From NCBI GenBank assembly GCA_963664305.2, contig CAXXLV010000002.1, positions 992,001 to 1,056,000 of the forward strand: a stretch of 64,000 nucleotides of DNA, given 5' to 3'. The DNA is from an uncultured Aliarcobacter sp. (GTDB lineage Bacteria; Campylobacterota; Campylobacteria; Campylobacterales; Arcobacteraceae). A program made the position numbers and the translations under genes. The notes below the pieces were generated by a model. It was given only the letters and a program-made list of their open reading frames with translations. It made no database searches and had not been told where the DNA came from. Of this stretch, positions 29,838 through 39,439 are shown piece after piece; positions within the stretch are counted from its first letter, which is position 1; every line of letters starts with the position of its first letter.

Positions 29838-30094
29838 CTTTTTAATTTTAGAAAATAAAAACACCTCTTCAATCTTTTTAAGGTTTTACCTCTTTCGTTA
29901 GTTTCATCGGGTTTTTGTAGGAATGTAGTGATTGAATTTTTACTTAGAATAAAATATAAAGTAGGCATAGTTTTATTTTAGTATCAGTAAAGAATTTAAT
30001 AAAATGAAATGAGAAAAAAACTGAAATTAATGAGAGAGTTTTAAAAAGTTTTTGAAGTTGTTTTGTTTTAGTTGTTTTAACAAAGATTAAAAAG
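29838..30094 (+). promoter_or_regulatory. long strand-specific hairpin, candidate ssDNA (Frpo-like) promoter
   Basis: nested stems with G.T pairs on + strand; TAAAAT (30000-30005) sits in a mismatch bubble. Confidence 0.55.
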
Positions 30095-30185
30095 TCATAT
30101 TAAAAAATAGGCTATTTTGATATTTTTAGAAAAAAAGCCTTCCATTTAAGGGGTCATTTTGGCACGAAATGAAGTATCTGTATAT

Positions 30186-30226
30186 AAAACATCACAGAAA
30201 AACAAGTGTTTTCTATGGTGTTTTAT
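30186..30226 (-). terminator. hairpin downstream of 30256-30849 ORF
   Basis: taaaacatcacagaaaa-acaagtg-ttttctatggtgtttta. Confidence 0.45.
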
Positions 30227-30255
30227 GCTTATATTAAGTTATTAGAAATTTTATT

Positions 30256-30849
30256 TTATATAGATTCTCTAAAAATATTGAACAAATGCTCCAAGTCTAA
30301 ATTATCCTCGTTATCTAAAAACTCTCTTACATGATGTTCATAGATTATAGATGATAATTCAGAATACAAATCATATTCATATTCACTTAATTCATCTATG
30401 AATTTTTTAAGTTCAATCGTTTGTCTTAAAGAACTCTGCATATTTGAGTTTATTTTTTTTCCTATCTTTTGAAGTTGATGCAACTCATCTTTTAAGTAAA
30501 ATTCATTACTACAATCATCTATACAAAAGTGTCCAAGATGAAAAAATGAATCGTTAATATAGTCTTTTAAAGTCATATTCTTAGAATAATTACCTGATTT
30601 AATTTCATCTTCTAATTCATTGCTATAATTAACAATATATTTAGGGAAGGAAAAGTATTCAACATTTTTATTTTGAGAATACTCATTTCTTTGCATACAC
30701 CATACTTCATTAGTTTCCAAATCAATAGCAACTTTATGCCCATATTGGAAACTAGAATAACCTCCATTTTCAATTATATTTGTTAACCACTCTGCAGTAA
30801 AATATTTTTTGAAGTTATCTGCAATAACTTCCATATTTAAATTTTCCAT
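30256..30849 (-). CDS. hypothetical acidic protein
   Basis: 197-aa ORF, AAGG RBS, 9 bp after the methyltransferase stop. Confidence 0.7.
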   Translation of the reverse strand: MENLNMEVIADNFKKYFTAEWLTNIIENGGYSSFQYGHKVAIDLETNEVWCMQRNEYSQNKNVEYFSFPKYIVNYSNELEDEIKSGNYSKNMTLKDYINDSFFHLGHFCIDDCSNEFYLKDELHQLQKIGKKINSNMQSSLRQTIELKKFIDELSEYEYDLYSELSSIIYEHHVREFLDNEDNLDLEHLFNIFRESI

Positions 30850-30858
30850 TTTAAACCT

Positions 30859-32067
30859 TTATTTAATTTTTTTTAATATTGCAACAAAAATTGCTTCTAA
30901 CTTTTGTACAACAATCGAATTTCCAGCCATCATTTGGATATTTGTTTTACTCATTCCAATCTCTTTTAATTTGTCATAAGTAGAACTTTCAAATCCCATT
31001 AGTAATAGCTGCTCCCTACATGATAAGAACCTATAAGGTGCCTTATCTCCATTAATATTTATATTTTCCTCCTTATTATTAAGATTTATTACTTTTCCAT
31101 TTTCATCACAAAACAGAATTCCGGCATTGGGCCATCTATCTTGCTTTGTAGTAATTGTTTGGCAATATTCCCTATCATTTAATTTTTTGGATTTTTCAAT
31201 CCATGTAATTCTGCTAGGGGTAAGGTTTGGCATTACCTCTTTATACTCATCAATTAATTCATCATTATCTAAATCTAAAAAGTCATGAATTGAAGGACAA
31301 GTTTCATTTTTCTCAACTTCAATTTCTTTTATTCCATCAAGTTGAGAAATACAGAAAAATCTTTCCCTTGATTGAGGAATAAAATCTTTTGCATTTAAAA
31401 CCATTGTTGAGTTTTTATAACCAAGACTTTCAAGAAACTCTGCAAATTCATTCCATCCATCAATATGTTTTTTTGATAGAATATTTTTTACATTTTCACA
31501 AAGTAAAAATTTTGGTAATCTTCCCAATAATTTCAACTCATTAAGTAATCTCTTTACTTCTAAAAGCAATCCTGAACTAGTACCTTCTTTTATCCCTTCC
31601 CCACTCCCAATACTTGAAAGATTTTGGCAAGGAAAAGAGTAAGTAAAGATGTCAATTTTTGGTAAATCTTTACCTTGAATATCAGCAATACTTCCAAAGT
31701 TTTTAGTTCTTTTTAATGCAATATAAATCTGTCTAACTTTTTCAAAAGATAGTTTTTTTATTTCTACTTTAGTGCATGGATTTTTGCTATCTTTTGATAA
31801 AGTAAATTTAAATAAATATTTCAACATCACTTTTTTAGTAAGTGATTTATATTTTGGAAAATCCTCTTGTGAACCAAAATTTAATTTGTCATAAGAGATA
31901 ATTGCATCAATAAACCATTCACTAATACCAATGTTTTTTAATTCAAATTTATTTGGATTAATTCCTATGGCTTTTAATAGTTCTTTATTATTTAATATAT
32001 TTTTCATTGCTGTAATTTGTGAACCAATTCCAGAAAATGCTTCAAATAGTTTAATAAACCTACTCAT
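30859..32067 (-). CDS. orphan DNA cytosine-5 methyltransferase (M.SssI-like scaffold)
   Basis: FEAFSGIGSQ, SEWF, TLSKDSKNP insert, TYSFPCQ, SGLL, ENV, PQSRER, AGNSIVV. Confidence 0.9.
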   Translation of the reverse strand: MSRFIKLFEAFSGIGSQITAMKNILNNKELLKAIGINPNKFELKNIGISEWFIDAIISYDKLNFGSQEDFPKYKSLTKKVMLKYLFKFTLSKDSKNPCTKVEIKKLSFEKVRQIYIALKRTKNFGSIADIQGKDLPKIDIFTYSFPCQNLSSIGSGEGIKEGTSSGLLLEVKRLLNELKLLGRLPKFLLCENVKNILSKKHIDGWNEFAEFLESLGYKNSTMVLNAKDFIPQSRERFFCISQLDGIKEIEVEKNETCPSIHDFLDLDNDELIDEYKEVMPNLTPSRITWIEKSKKLNDREYCQTITTKQDRWPNAGILFCDENGKVINLNNKEENININGDKAPYRFLSCREQLLLMGFESSTYDKLKEIGMSKTNIQMMAGNSIVVQKLEAIFVAILKKIK

Positions 32068-32203
32068 AATAAACCTCGTATTTATGGATATTTGAGTGGC
32101 ATTCTAGTAATATAACTATCGGCAATCTTGTTGGATTTTTAATTTAAAAGGATTAATTGTTATAATTGATTTATTTATTTATTTAAAAAAAAGAAGGAGT
32201 ATT

Positions 32204-33184
32204 TTGGCTAAAGAAATTACCAATGAAGAGGATATGTTTAGAGAGATTTTAAAGTATTTTCTAACTACACAAAAAACTGATAGTCAAAAAAATTTAAGAA
32301 AAAAATATTGTAAAGAGAATTCAACTTTATTAGAGTATTTTCGTAGAGCATGGACGATTTATTCCGTACTAGAAATTATTGTAGATGATAAAATTAATAT
32401 TATTTATAAAAATTCTACAACTTTAGAAATATCAAAAGTCAATTATATAATCGACTTAATATATGATTCTATAAGAAGATTTCAATATGAATATAAAACA
32501 ATGCATCCAATTTTAGATTCTTCAAATTTGAAAAAATCTCGCTATACATTAAAAAGTGATGAAGATATAAAAAATGAGTTTAAAGTGAAAGGAACAGGAA
32601 ATGAAGAAGAAAGAATAGAAGCAGATATAATAATAAAAGAAATAATTGAATATAAAAATGAAATGATGATTAGTTTAAATCAATTAAAAAGTTCCATATC
32701 CAATATCTTAAATAGGACTATTAATTCTTCACTTGAATATATTCCTGATACAAATTATAAAAATATACCTAATCCAATTTATGTTGAAAACCATCCAACT
32801 AATCGTTATGTTTTTAAAGATGTACTTTATAAAATTTTGAAAGATGATGATTGTATTAAGGTAAATGATACACAATATATTTCAGATGCTGATATTTTAG
32901 AAATAATTGAACAATACAATGGAATAAAAGGCTATATTAATTCCGATACATATAGTAGGAACCATATCTTAATGACAACTTTAGATTTTCTTAAAGCTTT
33001 AGACATAATAAAAGATTCAAAAAATCCATATGAGGTTGTTCCATTTAAAGATAGAGAATGGAAATTAGATGCTTTAACTAAAGTTGATACAATCGAAAAA
33101 ATTTTAAAAAACTTGGATAAAGTCAAAACATTAACAAAAGAACAGAAAAAATATGTTTATGAAATATTCCAATTTACTTTTTAA
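32204..33184 (+). CDS. hypothetical protein
   Basis: 326-aa ORF, AAGGAG RBS, TTG start, TATAAT at 32161-32166. Confidence 0.7.
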   Translation: MAKEITNEEDMFREILKYFLTTQKTDSQKNLRKKYCKENSTLLEYFRRAWTIYSVLEIIVDDKINIIYKNSTTLEISKVNYIIDLIYDSIRRFQYEYKTMHPILDSSNLKKSRYTLKSDEDIKNEFKVKGTGNEEERIEADIIIKEIIEYKNEMMISLNQLKSSISNILNRTINSSLEYIPDTNYKNIPNPIYVENHPTNRYVFKDVLYKILKDDDCIKVNDTQYISDADILEIIEQYNGIKGYINSDTYSRNHILMTTLDFLKALDIIKDSKNPYEVVPFKDREWKLDALTKVDTIEKILKNLDKVKTLTKEQKKYVYEIFQFTF

Positions 33185-33408
33185 ATGTAAAAGTTCAAAA
33201 TCAATATATAACCATAATTTAGATACTATACACACTTTAAAAAATTAGAAATTATGTGTGGTTATGGAAGTATGACATATTTTAAAAAATATGACACAAA
33301 AAAATATTTTCCATAAAAGTATGATACAAAAAAGCAAATTTTAAGCAAAAAACATAACTACTAATTATATAAATAAAGCACCATTATATGGGGAGTATAT
33401 AAAATTAA

Positions 33409-33437
33409 ATGGCACTAATAGACTTACAAAACATTTC
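33409..33437 (+). repeat. attR direct repeat (5' end of the ABC-F gene)
   Basis: atggcactaatagacttacaaaacatttc. Confidence 0.92.
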
Positions 33438-35358
33438 AAAACAATATGACACAAAAGTTATTTTAAAAGATGCTAACTTTACATTAAATCAAGGGCAAAG
33501 AATTGCTGTTATTGGTCAAAATGGACAAGGAAAATCAACACTTTTTAAAATAATTATGAGAGACGTTGAACCAGATAGTGGAGAGATGGCTATTGATAAA
33601 TCTTTAAAAATTGAAATGCTTGACCAACAACCAAAATTTAAAGCAAATCTAAATGTAAGAGATGCAATTGAAAATCAATTAACAGAATTAAAAACTGCCA
33701 AAAATGATTATGAAAAAATCACAAATCAACTAATGACTGATTATGAAAATGAAGAGCTTATTAGAAAACAAAGTGAACTTGCTTCTTTTTTAGAATTTCA
33801 TAACGCTTGGGATTTAGACAATATGATAGAAAGAGTTTTAGTTGAGTTTCAATTAAAACAATATGAATTTAAAGATGTAAACCTTTTAAGTGGAGGAGAA
33901 CAGCGTCGAGTTAGTCTTGCAGGATTAATTCTAAAAAAACCAGATGTTTTACTTTTAGATGAGCCTACAAACCACCTTGATGTTTATATGGTTGAATTTT
34001 TAGAACAACTTTTACTAAAAAATAATTTCACTCTACTTTTTATCTCTCACGATAGATATTTTATCGATAATATTGCAACAAGTGTTGTTGAAGTTGATGG
34101 TGGAGTTTTAAGAAGATTTAATGGTGGTTATTCTTCATACTTAGAACAAAAAGCTCAAATATTAGAGAATATGCAAAAAGAGCATGAAAATTTACTTAGA
34201 ATGGTAAAAAGAGAAGCTCATTGGATGCAACATGGAATTACTGCAAGAAGAAAAAGAAATGAAAGAAGAAAATCTGAATATTTTGATTTAAAACAAAAAG
34301 CTCGTTCAAATCCTGCAGCAATTAGAAAAATGAGTCTAGAACTGCAAAGAGAACAAAAAGCTTTTAATACAGAAGAGAAACAACAAAATAAAAGAAAAAT
34401 GCTTTATGAGCTAGATGATATATGTAAAACACTAGGAGATAAAGAGTTAATCAAAAACTTTACAACTAGAATTTTACAAAAAGACACTATTGCAATCGTT
34501 GGACCAAATGGAAGTGGAAAATCAACACTACTAAAAATCTTTATGGAAAAAATGAAAATAGATAGTGGTAATTTCAAAAAAGGTGATTTTAATATCGGCT
34601 ATTTTGACCAACAAAGAGATAGCTTAGATGACAATAAAAACTTGATGGAAACTTTCTGTCCAAATGGTGGAGATAGAGTTATTTTAGATGATGGAAGAAA
34701 TATGCATGTTTATGGTTATCTAAAGAACTTTTTATTTCCAAGAGAGTATCTTGATAAAAAAGTTGGTGTTTTAAGTGGTGGAGAAAAAAATAGAGTTGCC
34801 CTTGCCCTACTTTTTACTAGAAAAGTTGATTGTTTAATCCTAGATGAGCCTACAAATGATTTGGATATTCCAACGATTAATATTTTAGAAGAGTATTTAC
34901 AAAACTTCCAAGGTGCCTTAATCTTTGTATCTCATGATAGATATTTTGTAGATAAAATTGCTAAAAAACTTTTTGTATTCCAAGGAAATGGAAATATTAT
35001 GGAAAGTTTCCAACCTTATACTGAATATTTAGAGATTGAAAAAGAGTTAAAAGACCTTAGTTCACTTGAAAGTGAGATTTCAAAAGAAAGTAACACACCA
35101 AAAGTTACACAAACTGCAAAAAAGCAAACTAAACTTTCATATAAAGATCAAAGGGAATATGATTTGCTTCCTAAAGAGATTGAAGATTTAGAGCAAAAAC
35201 TAGAAAGTATAAATGCATGTTTAATGGATCCAAAATGTTACGAACAAAAAGGAATTGTTGCCATGTCAAAAGAGCTTGAAGAAACAAAAGAAATTTATGA
35301 ACAAAAAGTAGAAAGATTTTTAGAATTAGAAGAGTTAGTAGAAAGCTTTAATTCATAA
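33409..35358 (+). CDS. uup: ABC-F ATPase, Uup-like
   Basis: two NBDs (GQNGQGKS/LSGGE/LDEPTNHLD; GPNGSGKS/LSGGE/LDEPTNDLD), no TMs, KLSYK C-terminal coiled coil. Confidence 0.88.
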   Translation: MALIDLQNISKQYDTKVILKDANFTLNQGQRIAVIGQNGQGKSTLFKIIMRDVEPDSGEMAIDKSLKIEMLDQQPKFKANLNVRDAIENQLTELKTAKNDYEKITNQLMTDYENEELIRKQSELASFLEFHNAWDLDNMIERVLVEFQLKQYEFKDVNLLSGGEQRRVSLAGLILKKPDVLLLDEPTNHLDVYMVEFLEQLLLKNNFTLLFISHDRYFIDNIATSVVEVDGGVLRRFNGGYSSYLEQKAQILENMQKEHENLLRMVKREAHWMQHGITARRKRNERRKSEYFDLKQKARSNPAAIRKMSLELQREQKAFNTEEKQQNKRKMLYELDDICKTLGDKELIKNFTTRILQKDTIAIVGPNGSGKSTLLKIFMEKMKIDSGNFKKGDFNIGYFDQQRDSLDDNKNLMETFCPNGGDRVILDDGRNMHVYGYLKNFLFPREYLDKKVGVLSGGEKNRVALALLFTRKVDCLILDEPTNDLDIPTINILEEYLQNFQGALIFVSHDRYFVDKIAKKLFVFQGNGNIMESFQPYTEYLEIEKELKDLSSLESEISKESNTPKVTQTAKKQTKLSYKDQREYDLLPKEIEDLEQKLESINACLMDPKCYEQKGIVAMSKELEETKEIYEQKVERFLELEELVESFNS

Positions 35359-35404
35359 AAAGATATAATATTTAATTACATTAATAACAATAACAAGGAA
35401 TCAA

Positions 35405-35848
35405 ATGAGTCTAAAAGAACAATTAAATGAAGATTTAAAAACTGCAATGAGAAACAAAGAAGTTGTAAAAAGAGATTCAATTAGAGCTATTAACACAATG
35501 ATTAAACAAATTGAAGTTGATGAGAGAAAAGAGTTAAATGACGAAGATGTTATTAAACTAATTCAAAAAGGAATTAAACAAAGAGAAGAAGCTATTTCTC
35601 AATATAAAGCTGCTTCAAGAGATGATTTAGTTCAAAAAGAACAAGAACAAGTTGATGTATTTATGTTATATCTTCCAAAACAACTAAGTGATGAAGAACT
35701 AGAAGCTGGAATGAAAGAAATCATAGCTGAAACAGGTGCAACATCAGTTAAAGATATGGGTAAAGTTATGGGAGCTGCAACTAAAAAATTTGCAGGTGTA
35801 GCAGATGGAAAAAGAATCAACGAAATGGTTAAAAAACTTTTAGCATAA
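35405..35848 (+). CDS. GatB/YqeY domain protein
   Basis: DLKTAMR, YLPKQLS, DMGKVMG, ADGK. Confidence 0.92.
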   Translation: MSLKEQLNEDLKTAMRNKEVVKRDSIRAINTMIKQIEVDERKELNDEDVIKLIQKGIKQREEAISQYKAASRDDLVQKEQEQVDVFMLYLPKQLSDEELEAGMKEIIAETGATSVKDMGKVMGAATKKFAGVADGKRINEMVKKLLA

Positions 35849-35874
35849 AACATTAATATAAACTAGGACAACTG

Positions 35875-37002
35875 ATGAGTATGGAATTTGAGAATATTTT
35901 AAATCTATTAAATGACCAAGAAAAGAGTATAGTAAAATCAGATAATATTGATTCTCCTATCAAATTAATTCCCCTTTTATTAAAAAGAGTTCATCCTTCT
36001 AATGTACATGTTTTAGCAATGATTATCAAACAATCTTTGCTTCCTTCAATTTGTGAAAAAACAAATGAAGAGATAGATAAACTTTTTGCACAAATTGATA
36101 AAGAGCCTAATCTTTTATTTGATAAAGATGTTCAACAAAAAATTGAAGAGTTCACTACAAAAAGATTTGAAAGAGATAAACAAGTAGTTATTGAAAGAAC
36201 TTCTGATATTTCAAAACTTGTAATACTTATGGAAGATTACTTAAATGAAGCTATTTCAAGTAGTGGTTCTGGAAGTAAAAATGTTTTAAATATAAAAGGG
36301 AAAATTGAAGCTATTAAAATCAATGAAAATGGTTTAGAAGCCCTTACAAAATTACAAAATGAATTAATTAGTGCAGCTAATTCAATTGAAAAAGAGATGA
36401 ATAATGTTTCTACAAAATTAGAATCTGGAAAATCTAAAATTCAAGAACTTGAAGAAAAAGTTAAAACATTAGAAGATGAATTAACAAGAACTAAAACTGA
36501 AAATATGAAAGACCATTTAACTGGTCTTTTAACAAGAAAAGCATTTAGTGATGAAGTAAAAAGAATTGAAAGTTCTTATGTAAGAATAAATACTCAATAT
36601 GCAGTTGTTTTCTTTGATTTAGACCATTTTAAAACTTTAAATGACACATATGGACATGAATGTGGAGATGTTGTACTTTCTACTTTTGGGAAAATTTTAA
36701 ATAAAAGTGTAAGAGATATTGATATTGTTGGAAGATATGGTGGAGAAGAGTTTATTGCTATTATTCATTTTAATCTAAACAGAGAATTATTACAATTTTT
36801 AAAAAGAATAAAAACAATAGTTACTGAAAATAGCTTTTTATACAAAGACAAAAAAATAAAAGTTACTTTCTCTGCTGGAGTAGCTATAAGAAGTAGTTAT
36901 CCAACTTATGAAAACACTTTACAAAAAGCTGATATGCTTTTATACCAAGCAAAAGAATCTGGTAGAAATAAAATCATATTAGAAAATGGAATGGAAATCT
37001 AA
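35875..37002 (+). CDS. diguanylate cyclase
   Basis: DHLTGL, DLDHFK, RYGGEEF; coiled-coil N-terminal region. Confidence 0.9.
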   Translation: MSMEFENILNLLNDQEKSIVKSDNIDSPIKLIPLLLKRVHPSNVHVLAMIIKQSLLPSICEKTNEEIDKLFAQIDKEPNLLFDKDVQQKIEEFTTKRFERDKQVVIERTSDISKLVILMEDYLNEAISSSGSGSKNVLNIKGKIEAIKINENGLEALTKLQNELISAANSIEKEMNNVSTKLESGKSKIQELEEKVKTLEDELTRTKTENMKDHLTGLLTRKAFSDEVKRIESSYVRINTQYAVVFFDLDHFKTLNDTYGHECGDVVLSTFGKILNKSVRDIDIVGRYGGEEFIAIIHFNLNRELLQFLKRIKTIVTENSFLYKDKKIKVTFSAGVAIRSSYPTYENTLQKADMLLYQAKESGRNKIILENGMEI

Positions 37003-37013
37003 TAAATAGACTC

Positions 37014-37577
37014 TTACGCTCTATAAGCCATATTAGCGTAAGAAAAGTCTATTTTATTTATATACCTTACTTGACTACTTTTTCTTAAAGCATTTCTTTC
37101 AATCTCTTTTCTATTTTTACAAATATATTCCAATAAAGCTAAATCTTGTTTTTGAATCAAATTTAAAAGTGTTAATTTCATTGAAGTAACTATTTCAAAA
37201 TTTTTACTTGTTTCATTTCTTTCAAATAGTTCTTTATCTGATTTGTATATGACTTCTGCAATTTTTTCTATAACTATTTTATTGTTGTTTTCTTCATATA
37301 TTTTTTCTAATAAAATCAAAAGATTTTTTGCTATTTTAAAATTTGTAATATGTTTTACTGTTTTATAAAATTTAATTGCTAAGTCAAAAAATTGAGGTTG
37401 ATTTCCCAATTCTTCTATTTTATTTATCTTTCCCGTTTTAATAAACTCTTCTAGTTCATTATTTGTAAAGGCATAATTTAATAAATCAAAGATTTTTCTT
37501 TTATCTTGTTTTGTCCATTTGTAGTATGTTGGTGATGAAAACTCAAAAAGTTCAGTCATAATCTTTTCTCGTGTCAT
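37014..37577 (-). CDS. hypothetical protein with N-terminal HTH-like region
   Basis: IMTELFEFSSPTYYKW; AAGGA RBS. Confidence 0.6.
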   Translation of the reverse strand: MTREKIMTELFEFSSPTYYKWTKQDKRKIFDLLNYAFTNNELEEFIKTGKINKIEELGNQPQFFDLAIKFYKTVKHITNFKIAKNLLILLEKIYEENNNKIVIEKIAEVIYKSDKELFERNETSKNFEIVTSMKLTLLNLIQKQDLALLEYICKNRKEIERNALRKSSQVRYINKIDFSYANMAYRA

Positions 37578-37650
37578 TACACTTTTCCTTAAAATTAATT
37601 TTGAAATATCATTATATATATAAATATATAACGATAAGATAAAAAAAAAA

Positions 37651-38790
37651 TTAAAATGTATACATAAAAGAACTACCTTTATTTAATTGCGAATTAACCT
37701 CAACTTTTATTTTATTTTTATTACAAATATTTTTAACTATACTAAGCCCTATTCCAAAACCTCCAGTTATTTTATCACCTCTAAAATACCTTTCAAAAAT
37801 TTTTGAAGTATCTTTTATACCAACACCTTCATCTTGAAAAATTAGTCTTATAGAGTTTTCTTCTTTTTTTAAAGTTACAGTAATATTTGAACTATCTTTT
37901 GAGTATTTTATTGCATTTGAAAGATTGTTATCTATAATTCTATAAAGTTCTATTTCATTGAAATTTATAAAAATATTTGGCTCTATGAATTTATGAAAAG
38001 TTATATTTTTTGAAATTGCTAAATCATTAAAAAACTCAACTCTTTTTTCTAAAAATATAGAAAAATCTATATCTCTTTTTTCATCTTTTACAGCATTTTG
38101 TTGCATGTAATACTCTAAATCTTCATAAATAACTGTCATATTTTTTAGAGCTGATTTTATTCTTAGAATATTTTTATCATTTTTAAGCCGAAGTTGAAGC
38201 ATATCAACATTTATTCTAGCTACACCAATCGGGGTTTTTAATTCATGCATTGCATCTTTTAAAAATTCATCTAAATATTGATTTAATTTTTTATATGGCT
38301 CTATACTTTGTTTAATGATAAAAAACGATGATAAGAAGATAAAAAAGCTTATAGTTAAAAGCAAAATTATTGCATTGTAAATAACTTGAGAATTATCAAT
38401 CTCTTTACACACAATTAAAGTTCTAGCTTTTAAAATATTTTCTAATAAATACTCTTTATAACAAAGTTCATTTTGATTGTTTTGGAATTCTTCATTAAAT
38501 AGATTATTTTTATTTTTTAACAATGAAAATATTTCTTTATTATCTTTATCAAAAATTGCTGAAGTAAAAATATTTGACCTTGGATAATAAAATATTTCAC
38601 TATTCTCTTTTTCAAAATTATCTATTTTTAAAATAATTGAATTTGCATAATTTTTTAAATCCATTTTATCTTTTATGAATTGATTTTCAAAAGATGCATC
38701 CAAATAAAAATATATTGGAATAAAGGCAATAAATAGGGTTAAAATTACTTGGATTAAAATATATTTTATTTCATATTTATTGTTTATCAA
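37651..38790 (-). CDS. sensor histidine kinase
   Basis: 2 TM, MHELKTP, DNNLSNAIKYS, DEGVG, GFGIGL. Confidence 0.92.
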   Translation of the reverse strand: MINNKYEIKYILIQVILTLFIAFIPIYFYLDASFENQFIKDKMDLKNYANSIILKIDNFEKENSEIFYYPRSNIFTSAIFDKDNKEIFSLLKNKNNLFNEEFQNNQNELCYKEYLLENILKARTLIVCKEIDNSQVIYNAIILLLTISFFIFLSSFFIIKQSIEPYKKLNQYLDEFLKDAMHELKTPIGVARINVDMLQLRLKNDKNILRIKSALKNMTVIYEDLEYYMQQNAVKDEKRDIDFSIFLEKRVEFFNDLAISKNITFHKFIEPNIFINFNEIELYRIIDNNLSNAIKYSKDSSNITVTLKKEENSIRLIFQDEGVGIKDTSKIFERYFRGDKITGGFGIGLSIVKNICNKNKIKVEVNSQLNKGSSFMYTF

Positions 38791-39439
38791 TCTTATATCC
38801 TACAAATCTTTTTGTTTTTATAAAATCTTTTCCTGTTTTTTCTCTAATTCTTTTTATACACATTCTGATATCGGAATATGAGATTTCTTTACTCTCCCAA
38901 ATTCTTTCATGTAGAGTTTCTATGGATACAAAAAACCCTCTATTTAAAATCAAAAATGCAACTAATTCACTCTCTTTTTGTGTTAAATCTACTAAATTTT
39001 CATTTTTATATAAAACAGATTTTTTAACATCAAATTTAAAATCAAAAGGTAAAATAACTATATCTTCATTTGTTTTAAAACTTTTTTTAATAAGTTGTTC
39101 AATCCTAAATTTCAACTCTATCATATCAAAAGGTTTTCTAATATAATCATTACAACCTAACTCATAACCACGACTTAAATCAGAAATATCTGTCAATGAA
39201 GTTAATATTATGATTGGAACATCCATTTTTTCTTTTCTTACATAATCAACTAAAGAAAAACCATCCATTCCAGAAACTCTGATATCTAAAAGTAATAAAT
39301 CATAACTATTTTCAAATATTGCATTTAAAGCATCATCACCATTTTCAAAATCATCAACATAAAAATCTAACTCTTCTAAAAACTCTTTTATTGAGATTTT
39401 ATACAAATAGTCATCTTCTAATAGTAAAATTTTTATCAT
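38777..39439 (-). CDS. OmpR-family response regulator
   Basis: LLEDD, LLDI, DYIRKPF, wHTH ending VGYKI. Confidence 0.92.
   Translation of the reverse strand: MIKILLLEDDYLYKISIKEFLEELDFYVDDFENGDDALNAIFENSYDLLLLDIRVSGMDGFSLVDYVRKEKMDVPIIILTSLTDISDLSRGYELGCNDYIRKPFDMIELKFRIEQLIKKSFKTNEDIVILPFDFKFDVKKSVLYKNENLVDLTQKESELVAFLILNRGFFVSIETLHERIWESKEISYSDIRMCIKRIREKTGKDFIKTKRFVGYKIDKQ

Larger units (their letters stand above)
18432..33437. mobile_element. integrative mobilizable element / genomic island inserted at the 5' end of the ABC-F gene
   Basis: terminal direct repeats, tyrosine integrase at left end, MOBV relaxase, R-M cargo, no T4SS or phage structural genes. Confidence 0.9.

Noticed and set aside
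18432..33437. Prophage or self-transmissible ICE
   Set aside because: No capsid, terminase, tail, VirB4 or coupling-protein genes recognised; only integrase and relaxase.
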